In this document: positions 13,060 to 27,044 of the stretch, piece after piece
How the letters are laid out: every line of letters starts with the position of its first letter
How positions within the stretch are numbered: the stretch's first letter is position 1
NCBI GenBank assembly: GCA_951406725.2
Contig: OX597823.1
Location: forward strand, 26,184,001-26,308,000
Source of the DNA: Octopus vulgaris
Lineage: Eukaryota
Direction: 5' to 3'
Length of the DNA stretch: 124,000 nucleotides
Program-made: the position numbers and the translations under genes
Notes under the pieces: generated by a model
Seen by the model: only the letters and a program-made list of their open reading frames with translations
Database searches by the model: none
Told to the model about the DNA's origin: nothing

Positions 13060-16000
13060 AATATACATACATACACACGCACAACAAACGTGTATGTATA
13101 TGCACCATGGATTATGGAAAAATCTTTTCCGAGCGCCGATCAACCTTGGTTAACACTTTGCTCTCGCCAAACAAACGATTAGTTAACTCGGAGATTTGCC
13201 ATTTTTCCTCTTTTATTCAAGTATTTCGCCCTCACTTATATATATCGTGTGTAGGAAAAGTGAAATAAAATTCCCTAACAAAAGACAGCAATTGGCATGT
13301 GAGAGATGGTTGACGACCAAGTGGATGCTTTGTGAACAATAAAAGCAGCACAAATGTGTGTGTGTGTGTGTCGGCAACATACAGACCCACACTTAAGCAC
13401 AGATTTGTTTTTTTTTGGTCGCAGGTTGTTTAAACTATAAGCATTTTATTTTGGAGTATATCTGGGGTCGGGATTTTAAAAATTTATTTTAGTCGGGAAT
13501 GAAAAGGGTGTTTGTTTTATTACGTTTACTTTCTTTTTTGGAAAACGGGAAATTATTTTGGCAAGGTTGGTCGGAGAAAGAAAAAAAAACCCAGCTTGTA
13601 ATATTGTCATTGGGACCAAGTCAAGGACTGGATATAGAATAAGATGTTTCCTTGTTAACATTAATTTTTCTCTGTCTTCACTACGGTCCTTGTTTCTATT
13701 TAAGAATTATATAGCTATATATATGTGCGTATATAAATATATACACGTATGTAATAGTTAAGTGACTGTGTGTGAAAGGTACCTAGTAAACGAACCACAA
13801 AGCCGCCTCACCAGAAGGTTCCACACCCCATCACCAGGCCGGGCATGCGCATTACATCTTCTTATCTCTCTATTCGGTCAAGCTTTTACTCTTTCTCCCT
13901 CTTTTCATCTCTCTATTACTTTTAGTTATCTTAATGTCCGTCTCTCTCATTCTTTTATCACTCTCTCTCTTTCTTTATAGTGTCTCTTTTTATCCGCTAT
14001 TCTCTATATCCCTCTTTCATATTGCTCTGTCTTTCTACATACACGCTGCTATCTACAACTTTTATACACCAGACGATGTATAAATACTACAAATATATTT
14101 ATGTTTGCATTGTTTCTCACTTATTAGCTGTTAATAAACAACATAAACCACCTGCCAGTAATTGAAGTCTTATATCAGCAATTTTAGTTATATATATATA
14201 TAATTTATCCTTTGCTGTTTTTCTTTTCTCTTGTCTAATTGCCCTTAATAATACCCATTAAGATCTTTCTCTTTAAGAGGAAACAAAAACAACTTCCCAT
14301 TTCATGTACCTCCCTACCATATGTCAACTGACTGGAAACGAAGAAAAATAAATCCCGTATTCAGTATATATTACGTGAAATTAGTTGAGAATTTTTTTGT
14401 TTCAAAATAGTCTATATGCTAACCCCTTGAGGCCGTTGAAACGGTTTCCCTTACCCTATTTATTTACAGAATTACTCAGAAAACGTTTTATTCTTTTTGA
14501 CTAGAAATTATCCGAAACAAAATCCAAAGAAAAAGCATCAGAAGAAGCAAATATGTATTCGATTAATTTTTCTGTTAAACCCTTTAATCGGAGGTTTCTG
14601 TCGGGTTAGTAGGAATATATAGAAGTTAGTGACTGTGCAAAAAATATATAATGGTTTGATAAAAATATGAAAGGTTGTTTTTTTTTGCAGACGTGAAAAA
14701 TGGAACTGCTAAGCTGGCATATGGGATATTTTTGTGCGCGAAACTTTTCTTTAGCAGGTGTTCCTCTCATGTTTATCCCACTACAGCGCTTTGTTAAGCA
14801 TTCTGAGTTCCCCCTCACCCTCCACGAATTTATATGTGGATATTTTGCCTTTTATTTATTATATGAGTGAATGAATCAAGTTATTACATTTCCTTGTAAT
14901 TGCTGAGCATCTGATAAAAGAGGCCTTCTAGTTAACCGGCTAGATAGAGAGGAGGTGGTAGGTCTCTTGGACTGCTTTTCCTGCTACTACAGTATCATTG
15001 AATTCGCTCACATCCGTTTTTATTCTGCTTCTCCTGCCTATTCGCCCTTCATCCTCACATCCGCCAGCTTTCTCTCCCTAATTAGGTAAAAAAAAAGTAA
15101 AATAAATAAATAGAATAAAGCATTAAGAGTTGGTCGGCCCTTCATGTTCTAACTCCATTTCTTTATGTATGAAGTACTCCCACCACCACGTGTGTTCTAT
15201 GAAACTAGAAAGAATTCTGTCCCTGCTCTATCGTTTTTGTATCGATTTTACCAAGCTCTCTCTCTCTCTCGTCCCATACCTTTCTCTTGTTGGTTCGCAG
15301 CCTCACACATGAATTCACAAATGTCAGCAGGCAGCCGATGCGAGGATTTAGTTTATCTCTTTCCTCCTCCATCGCCAGCGAAGCGATAGACGTAGAGTGC
15401 TGCTGATGTTATTGAGGGCGCCCTCCACGGATAACACTTCATACAACCACTATCTTTTCTTGCTCTAGATTATACAGAAGGTGAATTCTAATTTCGGTTG
15501 CTGCTATTCTAATTTTATATATATATATAGATAAAATATGGGGAATAAATAATAAAAGTTTTCGCTTGTTATTGCCCCCCTCCGTCTGTTTTTACTTCCA
15601 TTTACACAGTCACACGTTCACACACATACACATCTAATCTCTGTTCTTTCTTTTCTCTCTTTCTCTCCACTCTTCTCTCTCCTCTCATGGTATAAGGAGG
15701 TCGGATTATATACGCCAGCAACCTTCTGGCTGCTTTCGATATCCACACGCTGTTTTCTTCGTTGAAACCAGCCTGCTCCTCTGCATGACTCATGTCTAGG
15801 AAAAAGAAGCCTGGTCACAACTAGAGGGAAGGCGAGCAGCAGACAGACTTGAGGACCCTGACTCATGTATCTAGTTGCGGTAGACAGACGGACTAAGCGA
15901 CTAGGTCAGGGAAAGAGAGAGACAGAGAAACCTTTTCTCTCAATTCAGTGTGCTCCTCCTACTTCGCGTTTTTTTTTTTACCTTTTCGTTAGTTTCCTCT

Positions 16001-19000
16001 TTGCTTTGCATAACATTATTCACCTCTCCCTACTTAAAATAAAATTGAAAAGCTTCTCTGTAATGAGGGCCGTGTCTAAGGTAACATTGATAGTGGCAAT
16101 GAAAAAGAAGAAAAAAAAAACCTCCATGAATGCATGGTGGCCAAAGACCTTCCCCTCCTCAATCTCATTGCAAATTGCTGTGGGGGAAATGTAAGGCCTA
16201 TGACCATTATGTTATGATGAGACGAGAAACAACAGAGAAGAACCCTTTGTTAAAGCTAGAAGAGAGAGGAAGCAGCAGCAGAAAATGAGAGGATTACAGT
16301 GGATCTGTCACGGGACCCGTAATCTCTTGTAGCTAGGACACAGATGCTGCTGAAAAATATTTCACTCCTTCGCACAAACACAGGCCTCATTTTATGGCCT
16401 TTCTAAAATATTTATTTTTCTCTGCCGATATTGAACGAAGGTGGCTGGAAATAAACATATTTTTTAGTTGGGGCCTAGCAATGTAGTGAGGGAAGTTTTT
16501 TTCCCCAGTCTGTGTTATAGAAGCTTTTAATGGAGATGATGAGAGAAGGGAGATGTGGAGGTGGTGGTGGTTGGTTATGATGGGTTACTGAAAACCGAAG
16601 ATGACAATTTATCTTATTAACGGACGGCAAATGTCCGGTATTTCTCTTTAAATAAATGATTATTTTAAGAAGTTGGCGTTTTAAAACTATTGTGAATAGC
16701 ATCAGTGAACTGATATAATTTACAAAACCACATCAATTAAACTAATGAACGCCACATAGTCTTTATTTCTCTTCTCATGAATCTGTGGCCTTGTCCCGAT
16801 ATAACCAATGTTTTTTCTTTTTACTTCTCTATTATGTGAGACAAGCATAATCTCATTTTTCTTTCCTTGGGGGCCTTATGCTTCTTTAAGCTAATATTTA
16901 CTTTCTCAGTCAACGATAAAAGAATTGTCAAACTTTTTATTTATATATTTTACTTGTTACGGTTTGTTTACAGTTTAATTTTGAATCGGTTATGAATTAT
17001 AACAGATACCGGTTTATTAACCAGCACCTATGCACTCAGCCTTGTTTGTAGAGAGCCTCTGCGAGGCCATTCAACCTGCTAGAAATAGCAATGTCTACCT
17101 CAAAGCACACCCTACCGTTTTAGAAAAAGAAAGGACGCATTCAATAATGTAGTCGAAAAATCCAGCAAGAATTACCATTTATCCTAGATCTGTTTGATCA
17201 GGGTTGACTCTTTACGAAACAACAACCTTACGTACACGAGCCAATGATGGAGATTTTATGCGGTCACTCGATGCTAGAAACAACAGCCAAAACTTTCTCA
17301 AAGCACACGCTTCATCCTTAGAAAGAAAGAAAAACATTGGATAATTTTTTCCTAAATATAATGTCTGAATAAAACGCAGGCTGGTTCTTGTTGGAACACC
17401 TTTTGATCATAGGTCTGTTTGATCATGACTAACTTACGCTAAACAACTTTATATACTCAAGCCATCAAGGCAACCTCTATGCGGTTACTCGATCTGCTAG
17501 AAATAGTAGCCAAATCATCTTGAAATCACATTCTACTATTAACGCATTAGGAAATATAATCTTTCGAATACAAAAGGACGAGAGGGTCTTAGCTGGAACA
17601 CCTTTGATAATAGGTATACTCTTTCTTGGCTGACTTGGGGCTAAACAACAACCTTATATCATCGCCAATGAAATAAAATGCAATTCAACTCAGAATAGCT
17701 TTTACTTGAATGTTTTCTTGTCTTGTGTTTTCTAAAGGTAAAAAAAAAACAACAATAGTTATAATAGTAATTCCAACATATCTTAAGTTTTTACAAAACT
17801 TAGAACATAGATGGTAATTTTATTTTGCATTCAAAAGATTTTAAAATATATATTTTACACATACTTAAGAATTTGTATGGAAATAATTTATTGAAAATAC
17901 AAAAACTTTCAACACCCTGAGGTACTTTATAAGTTGATCCTTTTAGGTTTTTATTATTAAAATCTAAGGTCAATACCAATTGCTCTCTCTCTCTCTGATT
18001 CCTGATCTGTTTCAATAACATTTCTAGAACAGTTTCCCATTAAGATCAGGTTTAGTAAATATACTCAAGTTGTAGTTTTAATGTTATTGTTAACTTGTAC
18101 AAACTCTATATGTGTAACAGTGACTGACATTAAGATGAGAACCCCCACTTTTATTGTACATACAATGTGTAATGGTTTAGCCCTGTTTTAAAGTGGTGTT
18201 CACTATAGCTGTATGTATCTTCCATTAGTGTGGATGGCAGCCACTGTATGACACTGCATGATAAAGTGGAAATAAAAGCTAACAAACAATTGCCTGCCAA
18301 AAGAATTGTCTCCATGTGACTGCATCCCTCTTTCTGTTTAAGACTGTTTCTATCCCTAATTTTTCACAGCACTATCGCTCTCTCTTTTACTCATTTGAAT
18401 TTCATTCTTTCTTCAAACCTTGCTCTGCTTTGGCCATTGTGTCATTCTCATGTCATTTTCATAAACAAATCTTACATTTTTTTTCACCCTTTTTGTTGAG
18501 TGCTGCTTGTGTGCTTTACACAAGATGATACCTTTTGTGTGTTGGAGCAGGATTTCTTTGAATGTCAGCTTCTCACTATTTTATGTTGTTATTATTGCTT
18601 TTTTATTCCTTTTTTTTTTTTTAATCCTGAGAAGAAAGAATGTACACACAAGAATCAAATACTTTTTGCTTTTTATTGTTATCTTCGAGGATGTTTCTTT
18701 TTCCAATTTTTAATTTTTGCAAGTAGATTTACCGGCTCACCCAGTCTTTTGAGATATAATACTATTACAATAATTCTGTCTCTTTAGGTTCAGAGTGTGA
18801 ATCCAGGCATGGTTAACTTCGCTTGTCAACTTTCCAGAGTTGATAATTAAATACTTGTAACAAAATAGAATCAAATTCATTCACTAAAATCCCCACCCAC
18901 CCCCACTTAGAAATTGGCCTTGTACCTGACTAAGAAATCAATACCATGTATCGTGTATGAAAATAAAATATTTATTTCCTACACAGGAACAAGTCCACCA

Positions 19001-21443
19001 ATCTGTAAGGGAGGGACTAAATGAGTTTGTGTGACATCTTCCTCAAAGGAATTAGTAATGATGTTAATAAAAGAGAACGTAGCTCCAACGAAGAATGGAA
19101 ATGGGGTCACAAATTCAGCACAGTGGGATCTTCACTGTGTACGGAAATAAATTATTGATTTTTTTTGCAGGCACAAAACTAAGCCACAAATTTTTAGAGC
19201 AGGGGATGAGATAACATGGCATTCATGCATTTCCCGAGGGCATAAGTAATTTATATGCAGTACAATAAATGGTTCCAACTGGGCTACTCCCTCAACTTGG
19301 CATTATGTTTATTTTTCACTCTAACAGAAGGACTGCAGTTGATTAAGTTGACCTCAATTAAAAAAATGCAAATGCCCTTTAGCTACTAGGCTTAGTTTTA
19401 GTTCCATGGTGTTAAGTGGATGGGAGATAAATCTCCTCCTGGTTATTATGTTGCTGTATCTTAGGTAATACTGTCAGATCTAGTGGTATGTTGTGCTCCT
19501 GACCTGAGCAGATATGATAAGTAGTTGACCCCTAAAACACAAAAAGTTGGTTGTCCAAACCGATATTCTCTTGGCTGTCATATCTTTACAGTTTACCTCA
19601 CAGTATGCACCTGTCAATGTAATGCTTATTTATTCACATAAAAAAAAAAAAAAATTAATCCTGCATTATCTTGTAGCTTTGAGATATCAAAGATGTGATT
19701 TGTTTATTTTTAGAATGACATTGCTGAGTAGATGTGAAAGGCTTGGAACTGGGCAGGTTAATCACAAAACAGGTGGTATATTTGGGCTGGATATGACCAG
19801 TTTAAATGCTTATGGGTTAACTCAGTAGAGATGAAGGACAAAGGCAGTTCTGGTAGACTGAGCTCAGAATGCAGTGGGATAAATCAAAATACTGATGAAC
19901 ATTTGATTTTACTGCTTCTGGTACTTTGATATTGTCTTCTATAATGAAAACATGTTAAAGCAAAAATAACTACAAGATAGACATAATGTATTTAATCTCA
20001 TATTGTCTTCTGGGCCTATTGAAACAAAGCAATATATTATAATCAATTCATTCAATAATATCCTTTTAAGAAAGAAGGGTTTTGCTTACATAAAAGAGGT
20101 TAAAACTTGCGAATTAAGTTTTAGTGAACAGTTTTTTTTTACTGTTATTATCATTTTAATGTAATAAGTGTAATGAATACTGAGAAGAAATATGTTTTAG
20201 GAAAGACTAGTTGACAACATGTCCATAAGTTCAAAGTTTAACTAGGCTTATTGTCATAGACATAACCCTATTCACCTTACCAAACAAAAATAAGTTCCAC
20301 TCCTTGCCTCACAGTTGAGTTAGGTGAGAAAAGGGGCATCCAACTGTAAACAAAATTGGTTTAATGAAATAAGCCATGTAAGCATGGAAAAATAAATGTA
20401 AAACAGTGAAGCAACAAAAATCCTCAATAGAAAGAAAGAAATCAATTTTTGTTCATAATTTAAAAAAAGAGAACAATTTGAAAAATAAATAGCTTAAATA
20501 ATAGCAGATCAGCATTTCAATACAAAATCTTAATGTAATGTAAAATTAGATGTGGTTGTGTCAAATGATTGTATTTAAAATTGAGTCTTTTGCAGGGAGA
20601 ATTGTATTAAAAATGGATTTTTAAAGCATTTTTCTCTCTAATGGTGAAATATTTTCCTGTTGGTCAAGCATATATACATAACTGTTAGAATGTACTGTAT
20701 AGTGGCATCACTGGGCTTTGTTGAGATTGCAACAATAAACTGTTTGCTATTGCAAGCAGAGGAATTTAAGTTTTTACCAGCCATGTACTGCCATCCAAAG
20801 GCACACACTCTCTCTCTCTATATATATATATGTATGTACATGCATACGTATGTATTGGTGTTGCCCAGATATAGATTCTGTTTCTAACATAACTTTCAAA
20901 TTTATTTCTCACCAATACATCTAGGTTGAGTTTAAATGTAAAAACAGAATTTTTATTTGGGTTCTGGATCATTTAGTTGTGTACGAATTTACTTTTCATA
21001 TTTGTTGTTTTGCTTTGATTCATCCATGGAGGAAAGGTCAGTGGTTAATATTCTGTCACTGGTTTTTATTCTGACCATGGTGAAGATAATAATTGACAGT
21101 TGGGTCCATTTAGCTGTAAATAGACATAACATAGAGTAATTTAATTAATTGGAGAACTGTCACTGTGTTAAATTATATGCACAGTGTTATAAAAGTTGTC
21201 AGGCCTGTCCGGATTTTATTTTATATTTTCCATAAGCAGTAACAATGGCATTGCTTTGGTTGCTAGGACGAAGTAAATAAATCTGACAAGCCAAAACTGG
21301 TTGATCCCATTGCCTTTCCTGGTAAGTGAGAACCTTGTGGTTTAAACCACAGACACTGTTTTCACAGCAAGGTTAAATATTTTGTTTGTTAACTATATGA
21401 TAGGTGCACTGCAATGCTAAACATATGTTTATTGAATATATAA

Positions 21444-21830
21444 AAGGTGCAGGTGTGGCTATATGGTAAGAGATTTGCTTCTGAACCACATGGTTCTGGG
21501 TTCAGTTCTCCTATGTGATATCTTAGGCAAGTGTTTCTACTATAGCCTAGCGCTGACCAAAGCCTTGTGAGTGGATTTGGTTGACAGAAACTGAAAGAAG
21601 CCCTTTATGTGTGTGTGTGTGTTTGTCCCCCACCATTACTTGACAACCGGTGTTGGTGTGTTTACTTCCCCATAACTTAGTGGTTTGGCAAAACAGACTG
21701 ATAGAGTAAATAGCAGACTTAAAACGAAAATAAGTACTGGGGATGATTCATTGAACTAAAATTCTTCAAGGTGTTGTCCCAGCATGGTCGCAGTCTAATG
21801 ACTGAAACAAGTAACAGAAAGATAAAAGAA
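21444..21830 (+). mobile_element. SINE S1 older copy
   Basis: Same architecture, diverged. Further copies at ~36090-36500 (+) and 120380-120945 (-), plus many partial ones. Confidence 0.75.
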
Positions 21831-22154
21831 GGAAAGAATTGCAACTCCTTTAAAACTCTTGTGATGAGCATACTGTTAGGGTGCTGTGTTCATCATAATC
21901 ATTGTCATTTAACATCCGTTTTCCATGCTGGCATGGGTTAGACTACATGACTGAAAATTGGTAAGCTAGGAGGCTGCACCAGGTTCCAATCTAATTTGGC
22001 ATGGTTTCTAAGGTTGGATGTCCTTCCTAACGCCAACCACTCTGCTAGCACAGGTGCCAGTTGATCTTAACAAATATTGTTAGTGAAAAACCATAGGAAA
22101 AAGTATGTGTGGTTGTATTTGCATAATATATTTCAGCAAATATAATTCACTTCC

Positions 22155-22419
22155 AGTTCTACATTTAAGAGATAAGGAATTATGTACATTATTTACATTT
22201 GACAGATATTTGTCCTCATCTTGTTTGTTGTTAACACGTGTCGGCTGATATACCCTCCAGCCTTCATCAGGTGTCTTGGGGGAAATTTCAAACCTGGGTT
22301 TTCATTCCTAAGGTATTTTTTGATATTATTATCATTATTATTCTTTAGGTCACTGCCTGGAATTGAACTCGGAATCTTGGGGTTAGTAGCCCGCACGTTT
22401 AACCACAATGCCATATGCC
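22155..22419 (-). mobile_element. tRNA-headed short element carrying a degenerate hammerhead ribozyme (Penelope-terminal-repeat/SINE-like)
   Basis: Reverse complement begins ggcatatggcattgtggttaa...aagattccgagttcaattccaggc (A/B boxes, tRNA-Arg-like). It contains gacac-CTGATGA-a-ggctg(gagggtatat)cagcc-GACACG-tgtt at 22233-22275. Confidence 0.75.
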
Positions 22420-22439
22420 TGATTAAGAATAAGAATAAT

Positions 22440-23010
22440 ATTAATAATGACTGCCCTGATGCAGTACCAGGCAGTGGCTCTCATGGCTTCTGAACTTAAC
22501 TGATTGGAAGTGTTATCATGTACCTTGTTTTGTCTTGGTATAAATGATGGGCTACAGCAGTTATTCTGCTCAATACCACAGATTTGCTTGTCAGTTGTTT
22601 GACCATAACCAGTTGACCATGTCCCTTAGTAGCTGATGATATGTGCATCTCTGATCACGAGCAGAAGTAGTGGGGGAGCATCATAGCCATGTGTTGAGAG
22701 GGATATTTGGAGTTTGAATAATTCACCTCTGGAAACATGGGTATTTCATTCAACATCCTTAAACAACCTTTATTCAGGGACCTTTTGAGTGGGATGGGTT
22801 ACTTGACCAAAAGAAAATTCTAACTGGGCCCCACCTACAAGGTCATGTGCTGTTTATCTTGATATGAGATCACCATGTCGCGCACATATGGTTGTGATGC
22901 ATGTGTCTAGTGTACCCTTATCAGATGGGTAGTCATGATGGGTACACTAGGCTTCGTATATTTTACCCCAGTGTCACTTTGATGGCATGCACTGCTATCT
23001 CACTCAATAA
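22440..23010. mobile_element. ~570-bp unclassified interspersed repeat bounded by TAA-like runs
   Basis: Non-coding block between AAT-rich junctions, which I recall as an abundant octopus repeat. Not classifiable from this window. Confidence 0.4.
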
Positions 23011-23013
23011 TAA

Positions 23014-23141
23014 CATTGAAATGAGAACCCAGGTTTTAAATTTCCCTTAGACACCTGATGAAGGCTGGAGGGTATATCAGCCGAAACACTGTGTTAACAA
23101 CAAACAAGATGAGGACAAATATCCATCAAATGTAAATAATG
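23014..23141 (+). mobile_element. 3' half of the same element (inverted relative to 22155-22310) with hammerhead core
   Basis: Stem I gacac 23050-54, CTGATGA 23055-61, stem II ggctg/cagcc 23063-67/23078-82, GAAA 23083-86, stem I partner gtgtt 23091-95. Confidence 0.75.
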
Positions 23142-23751
23142 TATAATTCACTTCCGTTTCCATAAAACAATGTCAGCATGATGGAATTGAAGAGTGTTTT
23201 GTGTTACTTTCAGTATTTTCCTCCAATTGGAAAAGCTGTGTCTGTAAATGAACATCTTAGGTGTTTGTTTCTCATCTAATTAATGTTGAGTCAACTAGAG
23301 CTGTTAATTAGGCTTGTAGGTTCTTGATTTTTGGGGAATCATATATTTTACTTATGTAATAAAACGACTGTTTTGATACCATCACACTCTTACAAGAACT
23401 CACCTACCTGTCACTTGGTTATGACCTATCACTACTTTTGCTCTTCTGAACCCCACTCCTCACCTAAACCAGCTCCATGCACCTGTCTTTCTATCTCCTG
23501 TCAATGTTATTTGTTCTCTATCTTTATGCTTAACTGTCTCTTTTCCCAGACCTTCCCCTCCCTCTGTTTCAGTACCCCACTCTCTTACTAATCTGCTAGA
23601 ACAACTTTTTCTTTTTTTCTTTCCTACCACTAACTTACATGAACACCAGCTGAACAATAACTACACACTTTATTCCCCCTACTCTCTCCACCACCCCCTG
23701 TCTGCCTGACTCTCTCTCTCTTACACACTCCCAGCTTGGATGGGCTTAGAG

Positions 23752-24042
23752 CAGGGTTCCTCAGCCATTTTTTAACCATGGACCCCTTTGATTACTATTA
23801 TATTCTGGTGGACACCCTGTGGCCATTAGATGTTTAAAAAAACTAGTTTTATCAAAAGTTCTTTCAAAATCCCTATTTTGTCTTCCACACATTAACTTGT
23901 GTAGGTTGAATTATGTAAAATGTTAGAGAAAGAAACCTAGCTGTTTCTTGCAATACTTAAGATACTATTGTGGATCCCCAATGTACTATTTTGTTGTGCA
24001 GACCCCCAGAAATCTAATATGGACCCTAGTTGGGAATCACTA
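23752..24042. mobile_element. Old hAT-like MITE
   Basis: Termini cagggttcctcagcc / gttgggaatcacta. Confidence 0.45.
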
Positions 24043-27000
24043 AACTTGAGGGTCCATGGGCACTGGTTCTCTTGTTTTGATTAACCAGTACACAATATGT
24101 ATCCATGATTAAGTATTTTTTAAAATGTTTTTTTATTTTAAGCTGAAGGTGGTCAGAACAAATCAACGTGATTGTCTTTCATAGACTAAAACAAGGTCTT
24201 CAGTTCAATAAAACAGCATTTTTAATGTCCATATATAAAGTTAGTGGTGCTAACTGCCTGAAGTCTACCATAATCAAGTAATGAATTAAATCCAGATTTG
24301 AGACCTTGATTTCTTTACATAAGACAAATCAGTTTGGTAGTTGGTCTACTATTGTCATTAGATATTATTCTTTAACTTGTTTCAGTCATTTGACTGCTGC
24401 CATGCTAGAGCACTGCCTTTAGTTGAACAAATCAACCCCAGGACTTACTCTTTGTAAGCCTAGTACTTATTCTATCAGTCTCTTTTTGCTGAACCACTTA
24501 AACACACCAACAGCAGTTGTCAAGTGATGGTGGTGGGACAAACATGGACACACAAATACATACATATATAAGACTTTGATCAGCCCTAGGTTGTGGCAGC
24601 AGACACATGCCCAAAGTGCCACATAGTGGGATTGAACCTGGAACCATGTGGTTGGGAAGCAAGCTACTTACCATACAGCCACGTCTGTATCTATATACTC
24701 TTTTACTTGTTTCAGTCCTTTGACTGCGGCCATGCTGGAGCACCGCCTTTAAATATATGTTGATATATTTATCATATTTATCATACAGGATCGATGAAAC
24801 TAAATCTATGTGACTTTGTAACTTTATAGTGTCAACAAGGTTAAGTATGGTTGCTTTGAATAAATATAAGTTAATATGGGGACCAGATTTTGGCCTGTTT
24901 AAATTTTAAAAGGTTAAATGTTTGGAAAGCTCTCCTATTTAGAAAGCAAATTATGAAGAAAACTAGTGTGTGACAAATGATAAATTAACTTTATCTGATT
25001 ATATTGATGGTAAAGTATTTTCAAAGATCCTAGTTTCTCAGGTCCTTGATTATAGAATACAGGTGGAGGCACTGGTTCTGGGGACATTTCTACAAGGTTT
25101 TGATGCCATATTTGGCAAGTAATATTTTAGTAATATTTAACTTGCATGCACATCATCATAGACATTGTTTTCAAGTTTTATTTTTCCATTTTCGTATGAG
25201 TTTGATGTGTCTGCAAAGCAGTGTGTTGCTACTACTCTTCATCTTGTTCCGTTTCCTGTGTGAGGTTCAACACCATTTCCTTTCTCATGCCTTCTCAATT
25301 TTATCTTCAATACAGTTGCCTTCTGTTGTCATCATCATATTTTCTCTCTGTAAACTTTGTTTTAGTTTGACAATATTGTGACAGCAACATGGGGTTACTA
25401 TTCATAACAGAATCTTTCATACGATGTGCACATATACAATGCATACCTATGACTAAGAGTACATGTCACTTGCTTTTCTGGGCTTTACTCAAAGCTTTCC
25501 AATTGTTGGTCTCCTGTTTCTCTTACAAGTGTCATTTTAACTCAATAAAGCACATTATTTTATATATTATTCACATATTTGGTGTGTGTCTATCTAACTA
25601 TATCCATCCATCCATCTATATATCATCATCATCATCATTTAACGTCCACTTTCCATGCTAGCATGGGTTGGACGATTTGACTGAGGACTGGCGAACCAGA
25701 TGGCTGCACCAGGCTCCAATCTTGATCTGGCAGAGTTTCTACAGCTGGATGCCCTTCCTAATGCCATATATATATATATATATATATATAAGGGAAAAAG
25801 AAAATGGGAATTCATGAGATTCTTTATTCAGAAACACTATGATCGTTTCAACCCATCATGTACAGGTACCTTGCAGGTGAGCCGCTGTACAAACAGCTGT
25901 CATGCATTGTAGGTGCTGATGCATTTCCTCAGGTGATTTTTCAAAAAGTACCACATTTTTTTTTATTTGCTGTTTTGCTCATCCCTATAACAATACATTT
26001 TGGTAATCATAGTTTACAATACGTCAAGTGAAAAGAGTTTTGTGAATTCCATTTTCTTTCTCTCATTTTTTACAAACTCTACAGACATGAAGGAATTCCT
26101 GAAGTAAATCCAGTGGTGTATACCTCCATACATCAGGGAACTGAATACTGTGAAGGGGCTTTAAACAGCATGCTATACGGTGTATATCTGAATATAAAAT
26201 TATATATTCGCATGTATGCATGCATATATATATGAGAGAGCGATTGATATATTTGCAAAAACAACTTCTACTGACAATTAGTCAAGAGCAAGCTTAGTTT
26301 GTGACATGGTTACCAAGCTAAATGGTGTACCACTGATCACAACTATAGTTTCTTGGTGCAGCAGCCACACTGGTATGTCAGACATCTTGTCTTGTTGGAA
26401 TTTCAAACTGTCTGTGTTGGTAATTGATAGACAGCTTAAGGTCAGATTACTTACATTGCAATAAAGATGTGGCTTTGTTTGACTAATGGAAAAGCTATTT
26501 TATTTAGTTTGAAGTTTTAGCTATTCTCTTTTTTTCTTCATTCACTTTAAAGATCTTTCAACCTCTGTCAGTACTAAAGTAACAAATATTAACATCATTA
26601 TTATTATTATTATTATTATTATAGTTGTGGAATGGCAGAATTATTAGTGTCAGAGAAATGCAATGTGGTATTTGTTCAGGCTCTTTATATTTCCCTTCAA
26701 ATCCCTGCTGGGGTCAACTTTGCCTTTCATCTTTTCGGGGTTGATAAAATAAAATACCAGTTAAGTGCTGATGTTGATATAATTGTCTCTCCTCTCCTCT
26801 CCAGATTTCAAGCCTTACACCTATGTTAGACACAATTGTTATTATTATTAAGCCATGATAATTTGGTAGAATTTTTTGAGCATTGGAAAAAAATACCTTG
26901 ACATATGTCCTGGCTGTTTAGTTCTAAGATCAACTTTGCTTTTCATTTCTTCAGGTTCAGTAACATGAAGGAACCAGTCAAGTATTGGGGTCGGGTTAAT

Positions 27001-27044
27001 TGACTGACTCTCCGTTCTAAATTTCTGGCTTTGTGATAATGTAA

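Noticed and set aside
22348-22419. Functional tRNA gene
   Set aside because: The acceptor stem is poor, the ACT anticodon is atypical, and it is embedded in a repeat. This and the other SINE heads are tRNA-derived, not tRNA genes.
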